From contig DUNG01000029.1 of assembly GCA_012839475.1 (NCBI GenBank), positions 26,497 through 90,496 of the forward strand: a stretch of 64,000 nucleotides of DNA. The letters run 5' to 3'. The first letter of the stretch is position 1. The number at the start of each line of letters is the position of its first letter. The position numbers were made by a program, and so were the translations under genes. Below are positions 10,919-18,837 of this stretch, in pieces. The stretch is from Petrimonas sp. Its GTDB lineage: Bacteria; Bacteroidota; Bacteroidia; Bacteroidales; Dysgonomonadaceae. The notes under the pieces are model-generated. The model had not been told where the DNA came from and made no database searches. It was given only the letters and a program-made list of their open reading frames with translations.

Positions 10919-10957
10919 TTGGATAAGAAAGCGACCTTATTGGAACATAAAAAAACC
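10919..10957 (+). promoter_or_regulatory. 21-bp-phased TTGGA direct repeats in the HTCS no. 1 / GH31 divergent region (weaker candidate operator)
   Basis: TTGGATAAGAAAGCGACC-TTA-TTGGAACATAAAAAAACC, with TTGGA at 10919 and 10940. Loosely resembles the site A/B half-sites. Confidence 0.25.
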
Positions 10958-11060
10958 AACCTTTATGGCTACCTGTAGACCATGTAAATTCATAAACAAA
11001 AATCATATAGATCCGTGATAACCAATGAATCAATGACGCTACTAAGAAAATAAAAATACT

Positions 11061-11068
11061 TATATTTG
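11061..11068 (+). promoter_or_regulatory. -7 box TATATTTG, candidate promoter of GH31
   Basis: TAnnTTTG match, 34 nt upstream of the ATG at 11102, in an AT-rich divergent intergenic region. Confidence 0.45.
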
Positions 11069-11101
11069 TAAACAGTATTAAATCAACAAAAAATCACAAG
11101 T

Positions 11102-13519
11102 ATGAAACGAATCAAAGTTTTCAGTAAACCCATTAGCTTGATGCTTTTACTGCTCTGCTATTACCCCTCAACACAAGCGGGGGAATGGCAAAAAACGGTT
11201 GAGGGTGCCAAAATCACCACCAATAGTTGTATGATAGAAGTACAATTCTACTCGCCCGCTATCGTTCGCGTCATGAAATGGCCAACCGGCAACAATTTCG
11301 AGAAGCAGAGCCTTTCGGTAGTGAAAGAAGCCGAAAAGGTGGCTATTAAGTACGGGACTAAAGGCGATATAATCACCCTTAAAAGCGATAGACTGACCGT
11401 ATCGGTTAACCATGTCAATGGGCAACTGCAGTTCCACACGAGGAAAGGAGAATCCCTGCTGACAGAAAAAACCTCAGGTAGCACTTTTACCCCGTTCAAC
11501 GATAACGGGAACCCTACTTTCAGCGTGGGGCAAGCATTTTTGTTAGAACAGGATGAGGCGATATATGGACTGGGAATACAACAACAGGGGAAGATGAATC
11601 AACGGGGCGTCAGACTACGTATGATCCAGGGCAATACAGATGACTACATTCCTTTTTTCCAATCGGTTAAGGGATACGGGCTGTTTTGGGACAACTATTC
11701 ACCCACACGATTTGCCGACACACCGGAGGAAACCTCCTTTGTATCGGAGGTGGGGGATGGCATAGACTACTACTTTCTCTACGGGGGAAGCGCTGATGGC
11801 GTAGTCGCTGAAATGCGGGAACTTACCGGTGACGTGCCGATGTTTCCCCTCTGGACCTACGGGTACTGGCAGAGCAAAGAACGGTACAAAAGTCAGGAAG
11901 AAACGGTGGGCGTAGTAAGGAGGTATAGAGAGTTAGGTGTTCCACTTGATGGCATTATCCAGGACTGGCAGTATTGGGGTAACAACTACCTATGGAATGC
12001 CATGGAGTTTCTTAACCCAGAATTTCCTAACCCAGCCAGGATGGTGAATGATATACATAACCTAAATGCTCACATGATTATATCCATCTGGTCATCCTTC
12101 GGTCCAATGACCAAGCAATACAGGGAGCTAAATGAACAAGGAATGCTGTTTGACTTCTCCACGTGGCCACAATCGGGCTCTGAAAAATGGCCACCTAACC
12201 CGGACTACCCCTCGGGCGTGAGGGTATACGATGCCTACAGCCCGCAAGCTAGGGATATTTACTGGAAGTACCTGAACAACGGGTTACTCTCCCTGGGTAT
12301 AGATGGGTGGTGGATGGATTCAACCGAGCCAGACCATCTGGACGGGAAACCAGAAGATTTAAATAATTCAACCTACCTGGGTTCATTCCGCAAGGTACGC
12401 AATGCCTACCCGCTTGTGACGGTTGGAGGGGTTTACACGAACCAACGCGAAACAACAAATGATAAACGGGTATTTATCCTCACCCGCTCGGCCTTCGCGG
12501 GACAGCAACGCTATGCTGCCAACGTCTGGTCGGGCGACGTGGTTGCGTCGTGGAATGCGCTCCGCGCCCAAATTTCGGGGGGACTCAATCTAACCCTTTG
12601 TGGAATACCGCATTACAATAGTGACATCGGTGGCTTCTTCCTTTGGGATTTCCCGATGAAACTGCGGGATCCAGAATATAGAGAACTCTACGTGCGTTGG
12701 ATGCAGTTCGGAGCCTTTTCCCCGATGATGCGGTCCCATGGTGCAGATGCGCCTCGAGAGATCTATCAATTCGGTGAAAAAGGAGAAAAGCAGTACGATG
12801 CCATCGAGAAGTTTATTCGCCTTAGATACCGGTTGCTTCCATACATCTACTCCACTTCGTGGGATGTAACGCACCACCGATCCAGCATGATGAGAGCGCT
12901 TGTAATGGATTTCCCAAAGGATAGAAAAGTTCTGGATCTGAACGACCAATACCTGTTTGGTAAATCGTTACTGGTAGCACCCGTTACCGAGTCGATGTAC
13001 ACGCTAAACAACCTTGAGGACTATTCACGTACCGGTAGCCGTGAACTTTACCTGCCAGTTGGCGCGAAATGGGTCGATTTCTGGAGTGGGGAATCACATG
13101 ATGGTGGGCAAACCATTACACGCGAAACGCCCATTGACCTCATGCCCCTCTACGTGAAGGGCGGTTCCATTATCCCAATGGGTCCCAACGTGCAGTACGC
13201 GGAAGAAAAACCTTGGGATGACCTCGAAATAAGGGTCTACCCGGGCAGCAACGGCTCTTTCACCCTCTATGAGGACGAGAATGACAACTACAACTACGAG
13301 AAGGGAGACTACTCAACCATCACTTTCAACTGGGATGACAAGAGGAGAAGGTTAACCATCGACAAACGTCAGGGTAATTTCCCCGGTATGTTGCAAGAAC
13401 GTACCTTCCATGTAACAGTTGTTTCAAAGGAAAAAGGAGCAGGAATAGGGATGGAACGGGATCAAGAAAATAGCCAACGTGTGGTATACACCGGAGAAAA
13501 AACAGTCATAAAGCTGTAA
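11102..13519 (+). CDS. GH31 alpha-glycosidase (alpha-xylosidase/alpha-glucosidase type)
   Basis: Signal peptide. GH31 segments PLWTYGYWQSKERY, GIDGWWMDSTEPD (nucleophile region), VFILTRSAFAGQQRY, WSGD, RSHG. Confidence 0.85.
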   Translation: MKRIKVFSKPISLMLLLLCYYPSTQAGEWQKTVEGAKITTNSCMIEVQFYSPAIVRVMKWPTGNNFEKQSLSVVKEAEKVAIKYGTKGDIITLKSDRLTVSVNHVNGQLQFHTRKGESLLTEKTSGSTFTPFNDNGNPTFSVGQAFLLEQDEAIYGLGIQQQGKMNQRGVRLRMIQGNTDDYIPFFQSVKGYGLFWDNYSPTRFADTPEETSFVSEVGDGIDYYFLYGGSADGVVAEMRELTGDVPMFPLWTYGYWQSKERYKSQEETVGVVRRYRELGVPLDGIIQDWQYWGNNYLWNAMEFLNPEFPNPARMVNDIHNLNAHMIISIWSSFGPMTKQYRELNEQGMLFDFSTWPQSGSEKWPPNPDYPSGVRVYDAYSPQARDIYWKYLNNGLLSLGIDGWWMDSTEPDHLDGKPEDLNNSTYLGSFRKVRNAYPLVTVGGVYTNQRETTNDKRVFILTRSAFAGQQRYAANVWSGDVVASWNALRAQISGGLNLTLCGIPHYNSDIGGFFLWDFPMKLRDPEYRELYVRWMQFGAFSPMMRSHGADAPREIYQFGEKGEKQYDAIEKFIRLRYRLLPYIYSTSWDVTHHRSSMMRALVMDFPKDRKVLDLNDQYLFGKSLLVAPVTESMYTLNNLEDYSRTGSRELYLPVGAKWVDFWSGESHDGGQTITRETPIDLMPLYVKGGSIIPMGPNVQYAEEKPWDDLEIRVYPGSNGSFTLYEDENDNYNYEKGDYSTITFNWDDKRRRLTIDKRQGNFPGMLQERTFHVTVVSKEKGAGIGMERDQENSQRVVYTGEKTVIKL

Positions 13520-13616
13520 CGAAATGGAAACTAAATGATTAAAACAGTCATAAATCTACCTCGGAGACGATTGTTTTAAACACCAAAGATTAGATATACT
13601 TATATAAATATTAAAA

Positions 13617-14549
13617 ATGAATCGTATGAAAAGAGTGAATTTATTATGCCTCACCGCAATGCTAATTGGCGTGTTGGGAGGAGCCATGGTTAGCCCAACT
13701 TACGGCCAAGAGGTGAGAAAAACCACTTCAACAGGCCATAGGGTAGTTGAAGACGGAGGGACAGGTGAATATAAAGCCGTCATGTACACGGATGCCACCT
13801 TACCTTCCCACACCATTTTCCGACCAGAAAACCTTGAGCCTTTTGGGGAGCAAAATAAGCTACCGGTAATCGCCTGGGGAAATGGTGCCTGCGCAAGTTC
13901 TCCATGGGAACATATCAACTTTCTATCGGAAGTGGCCTCTCACGGTTTTTTGGTAATTGCCATAGGCACCATGCCAGAGGAAGGGGAAAGGAGCCGTGAA
14001 CGTACAACTGCTTCACAACTAATAGAAGCGATCGAGTGGGCATTGGCTGGAAACGCCAACCCATCGACTATTTTCCACGGGAAGGTCGATGCCGACAAAA
14101 TCGCCGTTAGTGGAATGTCGTGTGGGGGCCTTCAAGCCCTTGAGGTAGCGCCGGACCCAAGGGTGACTACCGCGGTGATCTGCAATAGCGGTGTTTTAGA
14201 GCGCTCCGGGGGTGGAATGCCGGGAATGCCAAGCGTGACAAAAGATCATTTGAGCAAGCTGCACTCCCCCACGTTATACCTGCTTGGTGGGGAGACAGAT
14301 ATTGCCTATAACAACGGGATGGATGATTTCAAACGCATCAATCACGTGCCGGTATTTGTAGCGAACATGGACGTAGGGCATGGTGGAACTTACCGTGAGC
14401 CGCACGGTGGCGAGTTTGCCAAAGTAGCAACCGCATGGTACAAATGGCAGCTTAAAGGGGATACGGAAGCTGGTAAGTTTTTTACAGGTGACCGTTACAA
14501 GCTCTCTGAATCGACCATTTGGACCACGGAGAAAAAGAACATGCCTTAA
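13617..14549 (+). CDS. Secreted alpha/beta hydrolase, cutinase/dienelactone-hydrolase-like (putative carbohydrate esterase)
   Basis: Signal peptide. VASHGFLVIAIGT strand, nucleophile elbow GMSCGG, GGETD and VGHGG candidate Asp/His, C-terminal WYKWQLKGD...F motif. The start may instead be the second ATG at 13626 (ATGAATCGTATG). Confidence 0.65.
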   Translation: MNRMKRVNLLCLTAMLIGVLGGAMVSPTYGQEVRKTTSTGHRVVEDGGTGEYKAVMYTDATLPSHTIFRPENLEPFGEQNKLPVIAWGNGACASSPWEHINFLSEVASHGFLVIAIGTMPEEGERSRERTTASQLIEAIEWALAGNANPSTIFHGKVDADKIAVSGMSCGGLQALEVAPDPRVTTAVICNSGVLERSGGGMPGMPSVTKDHLSKLHSPTLYLLGGETDIAYNNGMDDFKRINHVPVFVANMDVGHGGTYREPHGGEFAKVATAWYKWQLKGDTEAGKFFTGDRYKLSESTIWTTEKKNMP

Positions 14550-14566
14550 GAAAGGAAAACAGGATA

Positions 14567-14608
14567 AAGCCAACTATATCGAAATGATCTAGTTGGCTTT
14601 ATTTTTTT
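14567..14608 (+). terminator. Rho-independent terminator after the alpha/beta hydrolase gene
   Basis: 10-bp stem AAAGCCAACT / AGTTGGCTTT followed by ATTTTTTT. Confidence 0.75.
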
Positions 14609-14756
14609 AATTACTAAATCCCCAACGTTAGCGCCAGTAGGGGGAACATGACGCTCACCTTAAAGGCGTACGGATTAACGGCGAAACATACAACAATGGC
14701 AGTGTGAACCACCGGGGTCAACGGTGCGACGAAAAAGTGGACGGTAAAACGTACAA

Positions 14757-16733
14757 CTAATTGCCAGTGTAACCCACCTTATAGACGTTGAAAGACCCCG
14801 CCTCGGCGGTAACGTCCAACAACATACCAGTAACGGGAAGGAAAGAGCTAATCGGCACGATCGCATCCGGATGCTCCAGGGTGTTCGTCATCTCGGGTGT
14901 TCCTTTCAACACGATGGCCTCTGCCTCGGGTTGCAGCTTGGTTCCGCGCCGCAACCCCTCTATGCGAATCCGAACCGTCTTATCCTGCTCCGAAACGTTG
15001 CTCACCTTCACGATAACCTCACTCTTATTGATGTCGATTACCGCGGAGGCGTAAAGCCCCTCCTGCCCCGTAACGCTCTCCTTGTTCATGGTCAACGGCA
15101 GTACGTTAGTACCGGCGTTATGGGCGTATAGCTTTTGTACGTAGTAGTTGGGCGTACGCACGCAAAGCAGGTTGTCGAACCAGATAAGGTCGGGCCTCCA
15201 CTGCCAGGCATCCGCATGCGCAAAGAGCGGCGCGTAGGTAGCCATATGCACTATATCGGCATTTCGCTCTAGCCCAGTCATGAAAGCAGCTTCGCTCAGG
15301 GCCGACTCAAAGTTGTTATCCCGGCTTTCCGCGTGGCTCGCGTACTCGCCCGCGAACACCGCGGGACCTTTCCTGTCATACGAGTCGTAACGAGTAGCCT
15401 GGTTTAGGAACCATTCCGGTGGGCGGTAATAGTGCTCGTCCACCAAGTCTACTTTCAGCCGCTTCATCTCCGGCCAGAGGTATTCAAACTGCTCCCCTTC
15501 AGCCTGCGGCCCAGAACTTCCCACGATTTTTATCTCAGGGTATTCCGCCCTGATTGCCTCTACGAATTTAACCAACCGAGCCGGGTACTCGGGTCCCCAC
15601 TGCTCGTTTCCAATACCGATATACTTCATGTTGAACGGCTCGGGGTGTCCCATCTCTGCCCTTACCTTACCCCACGTCGTGGTTGGATCACCATTGGCGA
15701 ACTCGATCAAATCGAGCGCATCCTGAATGTACTCTTGTAGCTCATCTACAGGCACGTGGCTGCTCTCATCCTCATTTTGGTACTGACAAGCGAGACCCGC
15801 GTTAACCACCGGAAGCGGTTCGGCCCCCAGGTCCTCCGAGAGAAGGAAAAGCTCGTAAAAGCCCATCCCGTACGACTGGAAATAGTCGGGAAAGAGGCGA
15901 TGGGCAAAGGTATAGTGCCAACGGTTTTCGTTCAGTGGTCGATTCTCAACCGGGCCAATCGATTTTTTCCAATCATACCTCGTCTCCAGATCGGTCCCCT
16001 CCACGATACAGCCACCCGGAAAGCGGAATAACCCGGGATTCAACTCATCCAACGCTTCCACTAAATCCCTACGTAATCCATTTTCCCTACCCTTCCAGGT
16101 ATCTTTCGGGAAGAGGGAGATATGCTCTAAATCTACTGGACCCGCCGATACAAGGAAAATACGCAAAGAGGCCTTCTCCTCCTCTTTGGGTGCTGTGAGG
16201 GTGACCTCGTACCTCTTCCACTCTCTCGAGTTGATGGTCACCTCTTGCCGCTGAAAAGGATGGCTATCAGCATCGATTAACTCCACCCGAACCTTCTGCT
16301 CGGCACCGTCCACGGAACGAGCCCAGACTGAAAAGCGGTAATCGGCATCCTTTTTCACGCCAATTCCCCTGTACCCTTCGTTCTCTAATCCTGTATGCTT
16401 GTGCCCGTGCCCTGAATTGTTCAGCCTCACGTAATGGGGATTACGCTCAAACGGGCCGCCCTCATCCCGCAAATCCACCTGACCGAATGTTTTCCAGCCC
16501 ATTAGCGACTGAGGAAATTCAAACGAGCGGTTCTTGATGAGTTCCGCGTAGAGGCCTCCATCGGCACCAAAATTGATGTCTTCAAAGAAGAGCCCGTACA
16601 TGGTGGGTTGGATAACCGCACCCGGTTTCTTCGCGTTAACAACCATTTCGTACGTGGTCTGTTGTGCGGATAGGGTGGCAATGTACACGCACGAAACAAG
16701 CATGCATAAAAAAAGGTTTTTCAGTTTCAACAT
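14757..16733 (-). CDS. GH51 alpha-L-arabinofuranosidase (long form with N-terminal beta-sandwich)
   Basis: Signal peptide. FFEDINFGADGGLYAELIKNRSFE, FPGGCIVEG, YIGIGNEQWG (GNE acid/base), FAGEYA (nucleophile Glu region). Confidence 0.85.
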   Translation of the reverse strand: MLKLKNLFLCMLVSCVYIATLSAQQTTYEMVVNAKKPGAVIQPTMYGLFFEDINFGADGGLYAELIKNRSFEFPQSLMGWKTFGQVDLRDEGGPFERNPHYVRLNNSGHGHKHTGLENEGYRGIGVKKDADYRFSVWARSVDGAEQKVRVELIDADSHPFQRQEVTINSREWKRYEVTLTAPKEEEKASLRIFLVSAGPVDLEHISLFPKDTWKGRENGLRRDLVEALDELNPGLFRFPGGCIVEGTDLETRYDWKKSIGPVENRPLNENRWHYTFAHRLFPDYFQSYGMGFYELFLLSEDLGAEPLPVVNAGLACQYQNEDESSHVPVDELQEYIQDALDLIEFANGDPTTTWGKVRAEMGHPEPFNMKYIGIGNEQWGPEYPARLVKFVEAIRAEYPEIKIVGSSGPQAEGEQFEYLWPEMKRLKVDLVDEHYYRPPEWFLNQATRYDSYDRKGPAVFAGEYASHAESRDNNFESALSEAAFMTGLERNADIVHMATYAPLFAHADAWQWRPDLIWFDNLLCVRTPNYYVQKLYAHNAGTNVLPLTMNKESVTGQEGLYASAVIDINKSEVIVKVSNVSEQDKTVRIRIEGLRRGTKLQPEAEAIVLKGTPEMTNTLEHPDAIVPISSFLPVTGMLLDVTAEAGSFNVYKVGYTGN

Positions 16734-16815
16734 TTTATCGAGTTTTACGTTTTATACAGTCATTCATTTATTTTTGGCCTCCAGTCTCTCCCTCACCAAT
16801 CGGCTACTGTACCAC

Positions 16816-18732
16816 TTATTCCGTGGCTTGAGGCCAATAGATAATATAGCGCGACCCGTGTAGCTCGAAGAAAGGAATCAGCTCCAGGCCCTCAGCGTAC
16901 TTCTCCGGTTGCAAGTGCGTTATACGGAACGTCAACGGCTTACCATCCACCGGTGAGAGGAAAGAGGTCAACTCGCCAGGTTCTCCCACGATGGTCGGCA
17001 TTTCCTCCAGCGGCACCTGCTGCCCGTGCGCCACGTGTGCCCAGCGGCCATCATCGGCAAACAAGCCCGTCACATCGTCGGCATTGGTTTTTGCAGCGAG
17101 TACCACCGGCCCATAAACAAACGAGTAGTAGTTCGATTCATCTGGCAGCTGCTCCGCTCGAAGCAACATGGGCATCTCCATCTCCAGCAGGTCACCTCTC
17201 TCCCACTTTCTTTCGATAGCGATATAGCCATCTCTTTTCTCCAGGGGGTATACCTCCCCGTTGATTCGCACCGTCACACCCTCCTCGCTCACCCAATTGG
17301 GTTCGCGCAACAGAAGGGTAAACTTCTTGGCTTTAGTGGGATTTACCATGATGCGTGTGGAAGGCTCGTACGGGAAATTATTCTCCTGAACGATCTCGGT
17401 TCCCTGCTCCTTCCACTGTAGCTGGGAGGGGATGAACAGATTAACATACAGCTCATTTTTCGTGTGCGCGTAAATCATCTCCCCATATTTCGAGTGGCTC
17501 TCCATACCTGAGCCCACGCAGCACCACATGCTAGTGTGCGGCTGAGAATATACCCGGTAATGACCAGGGCGCATCGACGTGAAGTAAACAAACCCTCCCG
17601 TCTGAGGATGCTGGGTTGAAAGAATGTGGTTGTAGAGCGCCCGTTCGTAAAAATCCATGTATTTCTTATCATACGATGTCTGGTAAAGCATCTTGCTTAA
17701 CCGCAACATATTGTAGGTATTACAGGTCTCCGTACCCTCGATACTGGTAATCATGCGCGAGAAGTCGTCCACAGGGTTGAAATGCTCAGATACGCTGTTC
17801 CCTCCTAACGATACCGAACGGTTCTCCACTACCGTTTGCCAGAAAAACTGGGCTGCCCCATCCCACGATGCATTCGGCTCCACATCGGCAATCCTCTTAA
17901 AACCCAGGACCTTAGGGATTTGCGTGTTCGCATGCATACCGGTCAGCTCATCCCTACCATCAAGAAGCGGGTTCAACACATGGTGGTGAGAAAACTTTTT
18001 CGCCAACTCAAGGTACTTCTCATCGCCCGTGATGGCTGCCACATCGGCAAAAGTTTCATTTAGCCCCCCGTGTTCGCTTCTAAGCATCAACTGCATCTGC
18101 TCCTCCGACAGGTCCTCCACAAGCCATATCGCCCAGTCGGCCATCTTGACCAACATCTCCTTTGCCTGGTCGATACCGGCGACGAGGTAAGCATCCCTCA
18201 ACCCTGCATAGGTCTTGTGAATGTTGTACAGAGGCACCCACTTCCCATTCAAGTCGAACCCACCGCCACGAATGTCACCGGCAGCTATATCTTCCCACAA
18301 AGCTTTACCATCGGGTACACCCCCGATATAGCCGTTGCCATGGGCTGCTTGGCATCGCTCTAACTCCTCCAACATATAGTCGAGCCGTTCCTTAATCGCT
18401 TCATCACCGGTGGAAGCGTACATCAGCGAGAGCCCGGAGAGGTAGTGCCCTCCGATATGTCCGTCCAGCCCTGTGTTTTCCCAATTCGTATAGCTCTCCG
18501 CCTTTGGCGGCAGGCCAGCTTCCCTAAGGAAAGGTGCCAGAAGCCTATCCGCATCCATCTCCAGGAGGTACTTCTTGTTTAACTCTTGAGCCCGCTTGAA
18601 TGGGCTATCGAGAAGGGTCACATCCTGTAGCTTAAAATACTCTATCTGCTGATCTTGCCCCTGCCCCTCACACGCGATAAGCGAACAGAGCAAAACAGCC
18701 AGCAACGTACATTTTATTATCTTCTGTATCAT
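16816..18732 (-). CDS. GH127 (DUF1680) beta-L-arabinofuranosidase-like lipoprotein
   Basis: Lipobox LIAC. GHYLSGLSLMY, ETCNTYNMLRL, WCCVGSGMESHSKYGE Cys-rich catalytic region typical of the HypBA1 family. Confidence 0.85.
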   Translation of the reverse strand: MIQKIIKCTLLAVLLCSLIACEGQGQDQQIEYFKLQDVTLLDSPFKRAQELNKKYLLEMDADRLLAPFLREAGLPPKAESYTNWENTGLDGHIGGHYLSGLSLMYASTGDEAIKERLDYMLEELERCQAAHGNGYIGGVPDGKALWEDIAAGDIRGGGFDLNGKWVPLYNIHKTYAGLRDAYLVAGIDQAKEMLVKMADWAIWLVEDLSEEQMQLMLRSEHGGLNETFADVAAITGDEKYLELAKKFSHHHVLNPLLDGRDELTGMHANTQIPKVLGFKRIADVEPNASWDGAAQFFWQTVVENRSVSLGGNSVSEHFNPVDDFSRMITSIEGTETCNTYNMLRLSKMLYQTSYDKKYMDFYERALYNHILSTQHPQTGGFVYFTSMRPGHYRVYSQPHTSMWCCVGSGMESHSKYGEMIYAHTKNELYVNLFIPSQLQWKEQGTEIVQENNFPYEPSTRIMVNPTKAKKFTLLLREPNWVSEEGVTVRINGEVYPLEKRDGYIAIERKWERGDLLEMEMPMLLRAEQLPDESNYYSFVYGPVVLAAKTNADDVTGLFADDGRWAHVAHGQQVPLEEMPTIVGEPGELTSFLSPVDGKPLTFRITHLQPEKYAEGLELIPFFELHGSRYIIYWPQATE

Positions 18733-18837
18733 CGTCTTAAATTACTTTTATATGTTACAATTTATGATACGCCTACCCATCGATCCAGCACGCATATGGG
18801 TTATACCACAACCCAAGTAATCAATTTATTGGTTCGG

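Noticed and set aside
14609-14756. About 150 nt of unassigned sequence between the terminator and the GH51 stop, considered as a possible small RNA or tRNA
   Set aside because: I could not build a cloverleaf or any extended conserved-looking structure, only a short TCCCC/GGGGA stem. There is no promoter box, so I have nothing to support a call.
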